NCBI GenBank assembly: GCA_044222475.1 | Contig: JBGANF010000029.1 | Location: forward strand, 1 to 64,000 | Source of the DNA: Polyangiaceae bacterium | GTDB lineage: Bacteria > Myxococcota_A > Polyangia > Polyangiales > Polyangiaceae | Direction of reading: 5' to 3' | DNA: 64,000 nucleotides | Shown here: positions 54,091 through 63,821 of the stretch, in pieces | Layout of the letters: every line of letters begins with the position of its first letter | Position numbering within the stretch: position 1 is the first letter of the stretch | Program-made: the position numbers and the translations under genes | Notes under the pieces: model-generated | Told to the model about the DNA's origin: nothing | Seen by the model: only the letters and a program-made list of their open reading frames with translations | Database searches by the model: none

Positions 54091-55485
54091 GTGGCTGACC
54101 GTATCCTCGTCGTCGACGACAGCAGCACCTTGCGCAAGGTCGTTTGCGCCATTCTCTCGCGCCAAGGCTACGACGCCGTCGCGGCAGCGGATGGCCAGAC
54201 CGCGCTCGAGCTGCTCGCGACCGCGGAGACCCCGTTCGACCTCGTGCTGCTCGACTTCGTGATGCCGAAGATGAACGGCTTCCAGTTCTGTCGCGCGGTG
54301 CGCGCTCGCGAGGAGTGGAAGCACCTGCCCGTGCTCTTGATGAGCGCGAAGACGGATCGCATTCGCGAGCAGTTCGTGATGCAGACCGGCGCGGTCGACG
54401 CCATCACGAAGCCGTTCGACGCCCAAGCGCTAGCGCTCGCGGTCGAGAACGCGCTGAAGCGGGTTCGCGCCGGTGTCGCGAACGCGCCGGCGCTCGTCCT
54501 CGACGAAGGGGACATGCCGCTTTCGACCCGCTCGCCGGCCGCCCGCGAAGAGAGCGCGATGCGCGCGCGCGTCGCGGTGGAGCTGGGCGCTCAGCTGGCG
54601 AACGTGCTCGCGCCGGTGCTCGCTCGGTTGCCCGCAGACGCGATCGGAGACGAGGGGCGCATCATGCGCGCGCTCGCGCGCGATCTGTCGCCGGAAGCGC
54701 TCGCCGAGCTCGGAGGCGCGCTGGGCAGAGCCGATTTCGGCTCGGAGGTCGTCCTCAGCGGGAACCTGGCCGCGATCCCGATCGGCGCCGTGCTGCAGCT
54801 GCTCCAGCTCGAAGCGCAGACCGGCGTGCTCACGGTTCAAAACGCCGACAGCGAGACGCACATCTCGATGCGCGGCGGGCTCGTCGATCTGGTCCAGGCG
54901 CGCGGCGCATCGACGGAGTTTCGTCTCGGTCGATTCTTCCTCGAAGAGGGGCTGATCACTCCGACAGAGATCGACGAGATCGTGAAGAAGAACGAGGGCG
55001 CGCCGGAGAGCTCGCGGTCGAAGCTCCTCGGCGATCTGCTGCTTGAGTCAGGCCGCGTGAGCGCGGAGCAGCTGAAAGACGCGCTGACGAAGCAATCGAG
55101 CGAGCTCATCTACGAGCTCCTCCGGTGGCAGGCGGGTCGCTTCCACTTCGCGCGCGGTGCGAGCTCGGAGCTCGCCGACAAGGCGCGGCTCGCCTTGCCG
55201 GTGGCGTCGGTCGTCATGGAGGGGTTCCGCCGCGTCGACGAGTGGCGTGTGATCGAGTCGAAGATCGGGAGCTTCGACGCGATCCTCACCGCCGACTCTG
55301 CCACGCTCGACACGGCCGGCGCCGAGGTGAAGCTCGCGCGCCAAGAGCGCGCGGTGCTCGAGGCGGTCGACGGAGAGCGCAGCGTGCGCGAGATCATCGC
55401 GGCGAGTCACCTCTCGAGCTTCGATGCGTGCCGCATCCTGTTTCAGCTCCTCGAAGCGCGGCTCGTGCGCCGGCGGGCGGCGTGA
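54091..55485 (+). CDS. Response regulator with DUF4388-like domain
   Basis: ILVVDDS, LLDFVMPKMNG, KPF; LSGNL...VLQLL...TGVL, RLG..L, W..G.F.F, MEGFRRVDEW. Confidence 0.85.
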   Translation: MADRILVVDDSSTLRKVVCAILSRQGYDAVAAADGQTALELLATAETPFDLVLLDFVMPKMNGFQFCRAVRAREEWKHLPVLLMSAKTDRIREQFVMQTGAVDAITKPFDAQALALAVENALKRVRAGVANAPALVLDEGDMPLSTRSPAAREESAMRARVAVELGAQLANVLAPVLARLPADAIGDEGRIMRALARDLSPEALAELGGALGRADFGSEVVLSGNLAAIPIGAVLQLLQLEAQTGVLTVQNADSETHISMRGGLVDLVQARGASTEFRLGRFFLEEGLITPTEIDEIVKKNEGAPESSRSKLLGDLLLESGRVSAEQLKDALTKQSSELIYELLRWQAGRFHFARGASSELADKARLALPVASVVMEGFRRVDEWRVIESKIGSFDAILTADSATLDTAGAEVKLARQERAVLEAVDGERSVREIIAASHLSSFDACRILFQLLEARLVRRRAA

Positions 55486-55880
55486 CCGTGGGGCACGGGG
55501 GCTCGACGCGCGGGGGCGTGCTTCTTCGCGTGGACGGCGCGCTGGCGTTCGTGCCGGCGGCGTCGGTGCACGGCATCGTGGCGATGCCGCCGATCACGCC
55601 GGTGCCCGGTCGTCACGAGCCGCTGCTTGGGATCGCCGAGGTGGGCAACGCGGTGATCTCGGTGCTGGGGCTCGGGGGCACCGGCGCATCGCACGGGATG
55701 CTCGTCGTCGCGAAACATGCGGGGGAGCAGGTGGGGCTCGCCGGCGTCGAGGTGATCGGTACGGGACACTACGACGTGGATGCGTCGGCGCCGGACTGTG
55801 TACGCGTCGACGGCGAGCGGGTGCCGTCGCTCGACGTGGGAGCGATCTACGATCGGGTGAAGTCCGCGGCGTGGGGTTGA
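55482..55880 (+). CDS. CheW-like domain protein
   Basis: ITPVPG....LLGIAEV..AVISVL; GTGA overlap with the regulator. Confidence 0.65.
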   Translation: MTVGHGGSTRGGVLLRVDGALAFVPAASVHGIVAMPPITPVPGRHEPLLGIAEVGNAVISVLGLGGTGASHGMLVVAKHAGEQVGLAGVEVIGTGHYDVDASAPDCVRVDGERVPSLDVGAIYDRVKSAAWG

Positions 55881-55884
55881 GCGA

Positions 55885-56976
55885 CTAGACCACCTCGACC
55901 GTCGCCGCTTCGAATTGCTTTCCCGTCAGGCGATGTGTCGCGAGCACCACGTCTTCCAGGCGCGTGATCCCGTGCTGCCTCGTGCGCGCGAGGAGCGCCT
56001 CGACGCGCGCGCGCGACGCCGCGTTTTCGTTCGCGCTCAGACGCCCGCTCGCGAGCGCATCGCTGATCGCCTTCGCGAAGCCTCGCGCCCGGTCGGTGCT
56101 CGTGAAGTGCGAGCACACCATGAGCAGATCGGTCCCGGACTCGAGGAGGCGCACCGCCGCCGTGGGATCGTCGAAGATCTTCGACACCGCGTTCATCCCG
56201 ATGTCGTCCGAGACGACGACGCCCTCGTAGCCGAGCTCTTCGCGCAAGATGCCGTGGACGAACCTTCGCGACAGCGTCGCCGGAACCTCGCGATCGACCG
56301 GCGGGAACATCACGTGCGCCGTCATGATCATCGGCATCTTCGCGCGCGCCGCCGCGGCGAACGGCACGAGCTCGCGCGCGCGAAGCCCGGCGAGGTCGCG
56401 ATCGACGACCGGTAGTGCGTAGTGGCTGTCCTGCGCGGTGTCGCCGTGACCCGGGAAGTGCTTGCCGCACGCGAGGACTCCGGCGCTCGCGAGGCCTTCG
56501 GCGAAGGCGAGGGCGGCGCGCGTCACCGACTCGGGATCGCTCGCGAACGCGCGCTCGCCGATGACCGGGTTCTTCGGGTTCGAGTCGATGTCGAGCACCG
56601 GCGCGAAGCTGAGGTTCACGCCGATCGACGCGAGCTCCGTCCCCATCGCTCGACCGACCGCGCCGGCTTCGTTGGCCCAGTGGCGCGCGTAAGCGAAGCG
56701 CGTGATCGGCTTCGGCGTGCGGCACACGCGGCCGCCTTCGTGATCGATGCCGACGAAGATCTCGTCGCGACCGATCGCGGCGCGCACGTCCCAGAGGAGC
56801 TTCCCGAACACATCGAGCCAACCCTCGTACTCGAGGTCGTGCCGGAAGTTCGACTTGTAGACGATGACGCCCGCGGGCCGGAGCTCGGAGAGGAGCGCGC
56901 GATCCTCTTCGGCCAGCGTCGGAGACGGTCGAAGCCCGAGGATGAAATGATCACCGACGTGAGCCATGGAGGCCAC
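55885..56976 (-). CDS. nagZ: Beta-N-acetylhexosaminidase (GH3)
   Basis: IDHEGGRV, FAPVLD, RAF..DP, KHFPGHGDT..DSH, MTAH, VSDD. Confidence 0.92.
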   Translation of the reverse strand: MASMAHVGDHFILGLRPSPTLAEEDRALLSELRPAGVIVYKSNFRHDLEYEGWLDVFGKLLWDVRAAIGRDEIFVGIDHEGGRVCRTPKPITRFAYARHWANEAGAVGRAMGTELASIGVNLSFAPVLDIDSNPKNPVIGERAFASDPESVTRAALAFAEGLASAGVLACGKHFPGHGDTAQDSHYALPVVDRDLAGLRARELVPFAAAARAKMPMIMTAHVMFPPVDREVPATLSRRFVHGILREELGYEGVVVSDDIGMNAVSKIFDDPTAAVRLLESGTDLLMVCSHFTSTDRARGFAKAISDALASGRLSANENAASRARVEALLARTRQHGITRLEDVVLATHRLTGKQFEAATVEVV

Positions 56977-57024
56977 GATACCTCAGCGCCGCCACGGCGC
57001 TCTTGGGAGTCTGACATTGGAGCA

Positions 57025-57582
57025 TCACGTCCCCCGGTAGGACCGCGTGGGCTGGAGCAGGACCGAGTCGAACGACGCCTCGCGAACTCGCTTTGCGACC
57101 GGCTCCGTCACGACGATGAACCGCGGGCTGTAGGGAAGCCGGAACGCGAGCAGCCCGCCGGTCCGGCTCGGGTCGACGGCGATCGCACCCGTGAACCGCG
57201 GCTTGCCGCGGCGCATCTCGTGAACGGAGCTCGAGAGGTCGACTGCATCGACGCGGCCCACCACGTTGACGGCGAAGTAGTCGGTCCGCTCCGCCCCGTC
57301 GCGTCGATTCCTGAGCACCACCGGAAAGGACTCGATGTTCGTGACTCCGCTCGCGCGCAGCTCCTCGAGCAAGCGACTCGACATCACCGGAACCGACGTA
57401 TCGAAGAAGTCGGGGAAGTTCTTCGCCTGGCCATCGTCGAGCAGGAACGTATCGCGCGGAAACGGGCGGTCGAACGAGGTACCGTCGACCCAGTCGAACT
57501 GCGCGCTGGTGTCCGTGTGGCCCACGATCTCGACGCCGGTGGCGTCGCCGAAGAGGTCCTGGCGCAGGAAGAAGAACTCCAT
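57025..57582 (-). CDS. Imm11 / DUF1629-family immunity-like protein
   Basis: PDF...VPVMSSRL...L...G..NIE.FPV.L.N......YFAVNV...DAVDL..S...FRL.....IVV pattern; ATG 57582. Confidence 0.7.
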   Translation of the reverse strand: MEFFFLRQDLFGDATGVEIVGHTDTSAQFDWVDGTSFDRPFPRDTFLLDDGQAKNFPDFFDTSVPVMSSRLLEELRASGVTNIESFPVVLRNRRDGAERTDYFAVNVVGRVDAVDLSSSVHEMRRGKPRFTGAIAVDPSRTGGLLAFRLPYSPRFIVVTEPVAKRVREASFDSVLLQPTRSYRGT

Positions 57583-57653
57583 GCCGCAACGGACCGTATC
57601 ACGCACTATGATGCCGCCGTGCCGAGCCGAGCGATGCGAAAGCGGTGGACCCC

Positions 57654-59222
57654 ATGACGGGCGCCGAGCTGCTCTCGCTCCTGCCGCTCTTTCTCGCGTC
57701 GCTGGTTCCCGCCAGCCTCGTCGTCGCGGCGTTCCTCGTTTCGCGCGAGCGAGCTCGCTTCTTGACCGTGCCGACGTTCGTCACGACGCTCACCGCGGGC
57801 CTCGCGTACCTTGCGGTGATCCTCCGGCCGTTGCTCTCCTTGCTCGGGTACGACGCCCGCACGACGAGACCGGGCTCGGTCATGCTCGACGTCGTCCAGC
57901 TCGACGTCGTGTCGAGCGCGATGTTCGTCCTCGTGTGCACGCTCGCCCTCGTCGTCGTGCGCTTCTCGCGGTCGTACCTCGCCGGCCAGCGCGAGCTCGA
58001 TCGCTACGCGCGCTACCTCCTCCTCACCGTCGCGTCCGTCACCGTCCTCGTGACCACGAACCACCTCGCGGTGCTGATGGTGGCGTGGTTCGCGACCGAT
58101 GTCGGGTTGCACCAGCTCCTCACGTTCTTCCGAACGCGCCGCCAAGCGATCATCGTCGCGCACAAGAAGTTCCTCCTGAGCCGCGTCGCCGATGCGTGCT
58201 TCGTCTCGTCTCTAGTGCTCATCGGATCCTCGATGGGGTCGCTCCGGATCGACGTCCTGAACGCCGCCGCTCACGCGAGCGGCGAGCTCTCGCCGACCGT
58301 CCACCTCGCGACCGTTCTGCTCGTTTTCGGCGTCCTCCTCAAATCGGCGCAGGTCCCCTTCCACGGGTGGATGCAACAAGTCATGGAGGCCCCCACGCCG
58401 GTCTCCGCGCTCCTTCACGCTGGCGTCGTGAACATCGGCGGCTTCGTCATGATCCGCCTCGCGCCCGTCATGGCCCATGCGTCCCTCGCTCAGAGCATCC
58501 TCCTCGGCGTCGGGTTGTTCACGACGATCGTCGCGTCCCTCGTGATGACGACTCGCCCCGCGCTGAAGGGCGTCCTCGCGTGGTCCACGATCGGGCAGAT
58601 GGGCTTCATGCTCGTGCAGTGCGGGCTCGGCGCGTGGCACATGGCGCTGATGCACCTCCTCGCGCACTCGCTGTACAAGGCGCACACGTTCTTGAGCGCG
58701 GGCTCCGTCGTCGACCAGTGGCGCGCGTCGCACCTCGTCCACAACGCACGCGCACGGATCTGGCACTTGCTCGCCGGCGCTGCGCTCGTGTGCTTCGCGG
58801 TGTTCCCATTCTACGCGGCGACCGCGTTCCGAACGGGTCACGTGTCGAGCACCGTCGGACCGCTGGCGTTCGTGCTGGGCTTGAGCTTCGCGCCCATGAT
58901 CGGTCGCGCTCTCGCCGCCGGGTGGCGGGCGTTCATGCTGGCGGCGCTGTTCACGGTCGGAGCGGCGGCGGCGTACTTCGGGTGGCACGTCGTCTTCGAG
59001 GAGATCGCGCCATGGATCAGCGCGGACGCTCCGACGTCGACCTTCAAGTGGTCCATCGTCGTCGGCGGGCTCGTCGTCCTGTTCATCGCGCAGTCCATCC
59101 TGCAGACGAGCCCGAACGGCCGCTTCGCGAACTGGCTCCAGCCGCACCTTCTCAGCGGCCTCTACATCGACGATTGGTTCACGCGCGTGACGTTCCGCCT
59201 CTGGCCGCCGGGGCTGCAATGA
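57654..59222 (+). CDS. dabB: NuoL/ND5-like membrane subunit of a DAB inorganic-carbon transporter
   Basis: LHQLL.F, AHKKFL.SR.AD, KSAQVPFHGW..QVMEAPTPVSALLHAGVVN, STIGQMGFM, HLLAHSLYKAHTFL, GLYID; coupled to a DUF2309 gene. Confidence 0.88.
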   Translation: MTGAELLSLLPLFLASLVPASLVVAAFLVSRERARFLTVPTFVTTLTAGLAYLAVILRPLLSLLGYDARTTRPGSVMLDVVQLDVVSSAMFVLVCTLALVVVRFSRSYLAGQRELDRYARYLLLTVASVTVLVTTNHLAVLMVAWFATDVGLHQLLTFFRTRRQAIIVAHKKFLLSRVADACFVSSLVLIGSSMGSLRIDVLNAAAHASGELSPTVHLATVLLVFGVLLKSAQVPFHGWMQQVMEAPTPVSALLHAGVVNIGGFVMIRLAPVMAHASLAQSILLGVGLFTTIVASLVMTTRPALKGVLAWSTIGQMGFMLVQCGLGAWHMALMHLLAHSLYKAHTFLSAGSVVDQWRASHLVHNARARIWHLLAGAALVCFAVFPFYAATAFRTGHVSSTVGPLAFVLGLSFAPMIGRALAAGWRAFMLAALFTVGAAAAYFGWHVVFEEIAPWISADAPTSTFKWSIVVGGLVVLFIAQSILQTSPNGRFANWLQPHLLSGLYIDDWFTRVTFRLWPPGLQ

Positions 59223-61643
59223 CCGATCTCGCTGCGGTCAAGGAAGCCGCCGAGCGCGCGTGCAGTCGCATCGCGCCGACGTGGCCACTCGACCGATTCA
59301 TCGCGGTGAATCCCTTTTGGGGACGCACCGACAAGCGGCTCCCGCTCGTCGCCGGAGAGCTCGCGGCACTCTCGGGTGCTCGCCTCCTCATGCCGCGCGA
59401 CTGGTACGCCGAGGAGTGGCGCGCCGGACGGCTACGTGCCGAGCACCTTCGCGAGGCGATCACGGAGAGCAACTCGGACCTCACCGAGGACGACCTGATC
59501 GCGCTTTTCTGGACCGGCGAGCCGACACCGTCGAGGCGTCCTCTCGTCGTCGACGTCATGGAAGCGCTCCGCCGTCGCGAGCACGAGCTCACCTGGCGCG
59601 AGTTCGTGATGGAGGGCATCAGTCGATTCTGCGGTTCCTACTTCGACGACGGTCAAGCTCAGATCAACGCAGCCCGCGCGGGCGGCTTGTATGCGAGCTG
59701 GCGAAAGCAGGCCGAAACCGACCAGAAGCCCCACCTCTTCATGGCGCTCGATCGGTACAGGCCCACCATGGCGTCGCTGCCGAGCACCGCGGACGAGATG
59801 CTCGCGCGCGGCTGCGCGGACCTCGCGGTACCGGAGGGCGAGCGCGAGCGCTATTTTGCGGCGCTCCTTCTCGACGTCAACGGGTGGGCGTCTTGGTGCG
59901 CGTACCTCCGCTGGACCGCCAGGCTCGCCGGTGACGACGACGATCACGTGCGCGAGCTCTTGGCGATCCGCCTCGCGTGGGAGTGGATCATCCTCTCGTC
60001 GAGCGACGAGACGATTCGGGCAGAGTGGCGCTTCGCGATGACGAGCTGGCCGGCGATCGACCTCGCGGCGCGAACCGCGCGAGCCAAGGACTGATCCTCC
60101 AACGCGCGGTCGAGTTGGCGTGCCTCTCCCCGTTGCGCCCGATGCTCATCCAGGGCCTCGACGCGCAACGCCCACCGACGCCCACGCTGCAGGCCGCCTT
60201 CTGCATCGACGTGCGGTCGGAGATCTTTCGCCGAGCGCTCGAGGCCACCGGCGACGGAATCCAGACGTTCGGGGTCGCCGGCTTCTTCGGGGTCCCGATG
60301 GAATACGTGCTGCTCGCGGCCACGCGCGCCCGCACCTCCCCGGCCTCTTGGCGCCAAAGTATCGCGCCACGGACGGGGGTGTGCCGCCCGGGCTCGAAGC
60401 GAAGCGGAGGGCGCGCCTCGAAGCCGCGCACGCGTGGAAGGCGTTCAAGTCGAGCTGCTCGAGCTTCGCGTACGTCGATGCGATGGGGCTCTTCTTCGCC
60501 CACAGCATGTTCCGCGACGCCTTCGGGCGAGCGAAAGGCGCGGGCCTGACTACAAGCGCAGGTCTGGAGCCGGCCGAGAACGCGACGCGACGCCCCGCAT
60601 CACGAGCCACGTCGATCAAGGCTGCCGCCTTCAACCGAGGAACGGTAGTGACCTCGCTGCGAGCGTTCTTCGCACGATGGGCCTCGTTCCGAGACTTCGC
60701 CCGCATCGTGTTGCTCGTCGGTCACGGGAGCGAGACCCAGAACAACGCGTACGGCGCCGGCCTCGACTGCGGCGCCTGCTGCGGTCAACGCGGTGACGTG
60801 AACGCGCGCGCGACGGCCGCGCTCCTGAACGAGCCGGAGGTGCGCGCCGGGCTCGCCGCCCGCGGCATCGAGGTCCCGGAGTCGACGCTCTTCGTCGCAG
60901 CGCTCCACAACACGACGACCGACGAGGTGACGCTCTTCGCCGAGGACATGGCTGCTCCGACGCACCAGGCCGATCTCGCCGACGCGCAGGTCCTGCTCGG
61001 TCGGGCGAGCGTTGCGACGCGCCGCGAGCGCGCGCCGCGGCTCGGGCTGGTGGATCTCACCGACGACCAGATCTACGCCGCCGTCGTCAAGCGCGCGACG
61101 AACTGGGCCGAGGTGCGCCCCGAGTGGGGACTCGCGCGCAACGCCATCTTCATCGTGGCGCCCCGGGAGCGAAGCCAACACATCGATCTCGAAGGGCGCG
61201 CGTTCCTCCACGACTACCGCGCCGACGACGACGCGGACCACGCGATCCTCGAGGCCATCATGACGGGGCCCGTGGTCGTCGCGCACTGGATCAACTTCCA
61301 GTACTACGCGTCCACCGTCGACAACGCGCGCTACGGCACTGGAGACAAAGTGCTGCACAACGCGGTCGGCGGACACCTCGGCGTGTTCGAGGGCAACGGC
61401 GGCGACCTCCGGATCGGTCTGTCGCTGCAATCGCTGCACGATGGCGAGCGGTGGGTGCACTCGCCGCTCCGGCTCGGCGTGTTCATCGAAGCGCCGCGGG
61501 CCGCGATCGATCGCGTGCTCGACAAACATCGGAAGGTGCGAGAGCTCGTCGACAACGAGTGGATCCACCTGTTCCAGCTCGATGCCGCCGAGCGAGCCGT
61601 CTTCGTGCGCCGCGACGGAGGATGGAAGCCAGCCTCGACGTGA
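59219..61643 (+). pseudogene. dabA: DUF2309 / DabA subunit, frameshifted (true pseudogene or sequence error)
   Basis: IAPTWPLDRFIAVNPFWG start; FCIDVRSE and AGFFG in a second frame; GHGS..NN...LDCGAC, HNTTTD, WAEVRPEWGLA, GRAFLHDY, GDKVLHN in a third frame. Confidence 0.85.
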
Positions 61644-61658
61644 CCTGCGCGACCGCGT

Positions 61659-62249
61659 TCAAGGCTCGATGGTGTGCACCGGCACTGCCTTCGAACCGCT
61701 TCCCTCGTACACGGTGGCGCTCAACGTTCCGTCCGGATGGACTCTGCCGATGATGCGGATCTTCGAGCCAGACACCTTGGGGGTGTACTCGACGATCTTT
61801 GGGTCGATCTCGGCCGAGTCGAACGTGATGTCCTGGAGATTGCCGAAGCCGTCGCTACGGGCCACCGTCCCTTGGAGGACTCCTTTGGGCAGCGCGCCGT
61901 TCGATTGAATGGTGATCCACGCGTCGGCGTACACGGTCGCGGGGACTCCGCCGCCCACTCCAGCGCTGTAGGCCGGTTCGCACGTGACCACGCCGGTCGT
62001 CGCTTCCAGCGTCACGGTCATGCTGCCTGCCGCCCCGGTGCGTCCGACGAAGTCTCCCGCGAGGTTCTCGAGGAGCGAAGCACGCGTCAGCGGCGGAGTC
62101 GACGAAGAGCACGAGGCATCTCCTTCGAGAATGGTCGGCGGCGGCTTCGGCTCGGCGCAGTCGTCGCACTGCCCCCATCCGCAATGCGCTACCGCAGCCG
62201 GAATTGCGAGCGTCGTCATCAAGGTAGCCAGTCGACCAAGTGGACCCAT
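61659..62249 (-). CDS. Hypothetical exported protein or lipoprotein
   Basis: Hydrophobic N-terminus ending VAHC, Cys cluster, beta-rich body. Confidence 0.5.
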   Translation of the reverse strand: MGPLGRLATLMTTLAIPAAVAHCGWGQCDDCAEPKPPPTILEGDASCSSSTPPLTRASLLENLAGDFVGRTGAAGSMTVTLEATTGVVTCEPAYSAGVGGGVPATVYADAWITIQSNGALPKGVLQGTVARSDGFGNLQDITFDSAEIDPKIVEYTPKVSGSKIRIIGRVHPDGTLSATVYEGSGSKAVPVHTIEP

Positions 62250-62303
62250 TTCGGTGCCTCCTGACCGTGCATGTCGGCTCGCGACGGTTCCTTCACGAAT
62301 CTT

Positions 62304-63158
62304 TCAGCCGACGCGAAACACCACGCAGGAGACGTTGTCGGGGCCTCCGTTCTCGTTCGCGAGGGACACCAGCTCGTCACCCATGCGCCCGAGGTCGGCG
62401 CCGCTCTCCAGGATTCGTTGGATCTCGGCATCCCCCACCGGGCCGGACAACCCGTCGCTGCAGAGCAGCACCACATCACCCGGTCGGATGTCGTGACGGG
62501 TGAGCACGACGTCGAGCGTCGCCGACGCGCCGACCGCTTGGAGGATCACGTTGCTGCCGGGCAGCTCTGCGCCGGGCCGTGCTTCCGGCGACTGCGCGCG
62601 TAACCACTCGGCCATCGTCTGATCGCGCGTGAGCTGCGTGAGACGCCCGTCGCGCAACGAGTACGCGCGGCTGTCGCCGACCTGAGCCACGAGCATCGAG
62701 CCGAAACCGATCGCCGCCAGCGTCGCGGTGGTGCCCATTCGCCGATACCGCGGGTGCTCGCGGCAGAACGTCTTGATGCGCGACGCCGCGACGTCGATGC
62801 TCGTCTTCATCGCGCGCGCGAGGCGCTCTTCGGCGGTGGGGACCGTTCGCGGCGGATCGGCGAGGAACCGCGACCACGACGTCGCCATCGCGCCGGCGAT
62901 CGCCTCGACCGCCAGCGTCGATGCGATCTCGCCGCCGACCTCCCCGCCCATGCCGTCACACACCAGCGCGAAGAACCCGCACGGCGTCACGTCGACCGCG
63001 ACCTCGCACGGACCCACCCAGGTCCGGCCTGCCGCCGGATCGCCGACCAGAACGCGGTCCTCGTTCTCCGGGCGGTGGCGGCCCACGTCCGAACGCGACG
63101 CCGCGGTGAGGTGCAATCGAGGGGGTGGAAAGGGGTCAGGCTCGTAGATGGCTCCCAT
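62304..63158 (-). CDS. PP2C-family Ser/Thr phosphatase
   Basis: SDVGRHRPENED, VCDGMGG, MGTT, VGDSRAY, QLTRDQT, LCSDGL, GGPDNVS; start ATG 63158 or 63176. Confidence 0.92.
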   Translation of the reverse strand: MGAIYEPDPFPPPRLHLTAASRSDVGRHRPENEDRVLVGDPAAGRTWVGPCEVAVDVTPCGFFALVCDGMGGEVGGEIASTLAVEAIAGAMATSWSRFLADPPRTVPTAEERLARAMKTSIDVAASRIKTFCREHPRYRRMGTTATLAAIGFGSMLVAQVGDSRAYSLRDGRLTQLTRDQTMAEWLRAQSPEARPGAELPGSNVILQAVGASATLDVVLTRHDIRPGDVVLLCSDGLSGPVGDAEIQRILESGADLGRMGDELVSLANENGGPDNVSCVVFRVG

Positions 63159-63194
63159 GACAACTATGGTTGTCATAGAAACTAAAGCTGTCAA
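63157..63194. promoter_or_regulatory. Palindromic operator-like site and -35-like hexamer between divergent genes
   Basis: ATGACAAC-TATG-GTTGTCAT (63157-63176); adjacent degenerate copy TAGAAACTAAAGCTGTCA; minus-strand TTGACA at 63194-63189. Confidence 0.6.
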
Positions 63195-63245
63195 CACCCG
63201 CCGAGGGTGACCCGGCACTTCCCGCGCGTTACAGTCACGACTGAG

Positions 63246-63815
63246 ATGAAGGGGCGTGCAAAACGCGGCGAGGCATCGTCCGAGAACCACTGGCAAACCC
63301 GCCTGGTGGAGGCGATGGACGCGCGTGGCCTCTCGGGCGGGGAGCTCGCGCGGCGCGCGGGTTTCACCGCCCAGTACGTGAACTCGCTGAAGAACGGCGA
63401 GCGCGGTGCGCGGCTCCCGATCGAGACGGTGCGGAAGCTCGCGGCGGCGCTCGGCGTCTCGGTCGACTGGCTCGCCCGGGGCGAAGGCGCGCGCGAGCGC
63501 CTGAGCGACGTGTTTCCCATCCAACCGCCGCAGCAACCTGCGTCGGAGTATCGCATCTCGGCCTTCCGCGAGCCGTTGCCGTCGGATCTGTACCCGTCCC
63601 GCGCCGAGGCGATCGCGTTGCTCCAGGCGGTGGTCGCTCCCGAGGTCGTCGACGCGCTCCGAACGGTCGTCCCAGAAGGGGACGGCGATCCCGGTCGCGA
63701 GTGGTGGATCGCCTACGCCAAGTCGCTCGCGAAGGATTTCAAGCGCATCAAGGACGACCCCGACTTCGGTGGCGGCCCACCCAAGTCGTCGCACGTCCCC
63801 ACTCGCAAGAAGTGA
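63246..63815 (+). CDS. XRE-family helix-turn-helix transcriptional regulator
   Basis: RL..AM..RGLS..ELARRAGFT.QYVNSL.NG.R....KLAAALGVSVDWLARG; start ATG 63246 or GTG 63207. Confidence 0.88.
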   Translation: MKGRAKRGEASSENHWQTRLVEAMDARGLSGGELARRAGFTAQYVNSLKNGERGARLPIETVRKLAAALGVSVDWLARGEGARERLSDVFPIQPPQQPASEYRISAFREPLPSDLYPSRAEAIALLQAVVAPEVVDALRTVVPEGDGDPGREWWIAYAKSLAKDFKRIKDDPDFGGGPPKSSHVPTRKK

Positions 63816-63821
63816 CCCGCG

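Noticed and set aside
57335..60094. 919-aa ORF suggesting a long DabA N-terminal extension or DabB-DabA fusion
   Set aside because: The upstream part is an off-frame read-through of dabB; family-like sequence begins at ATG 59219
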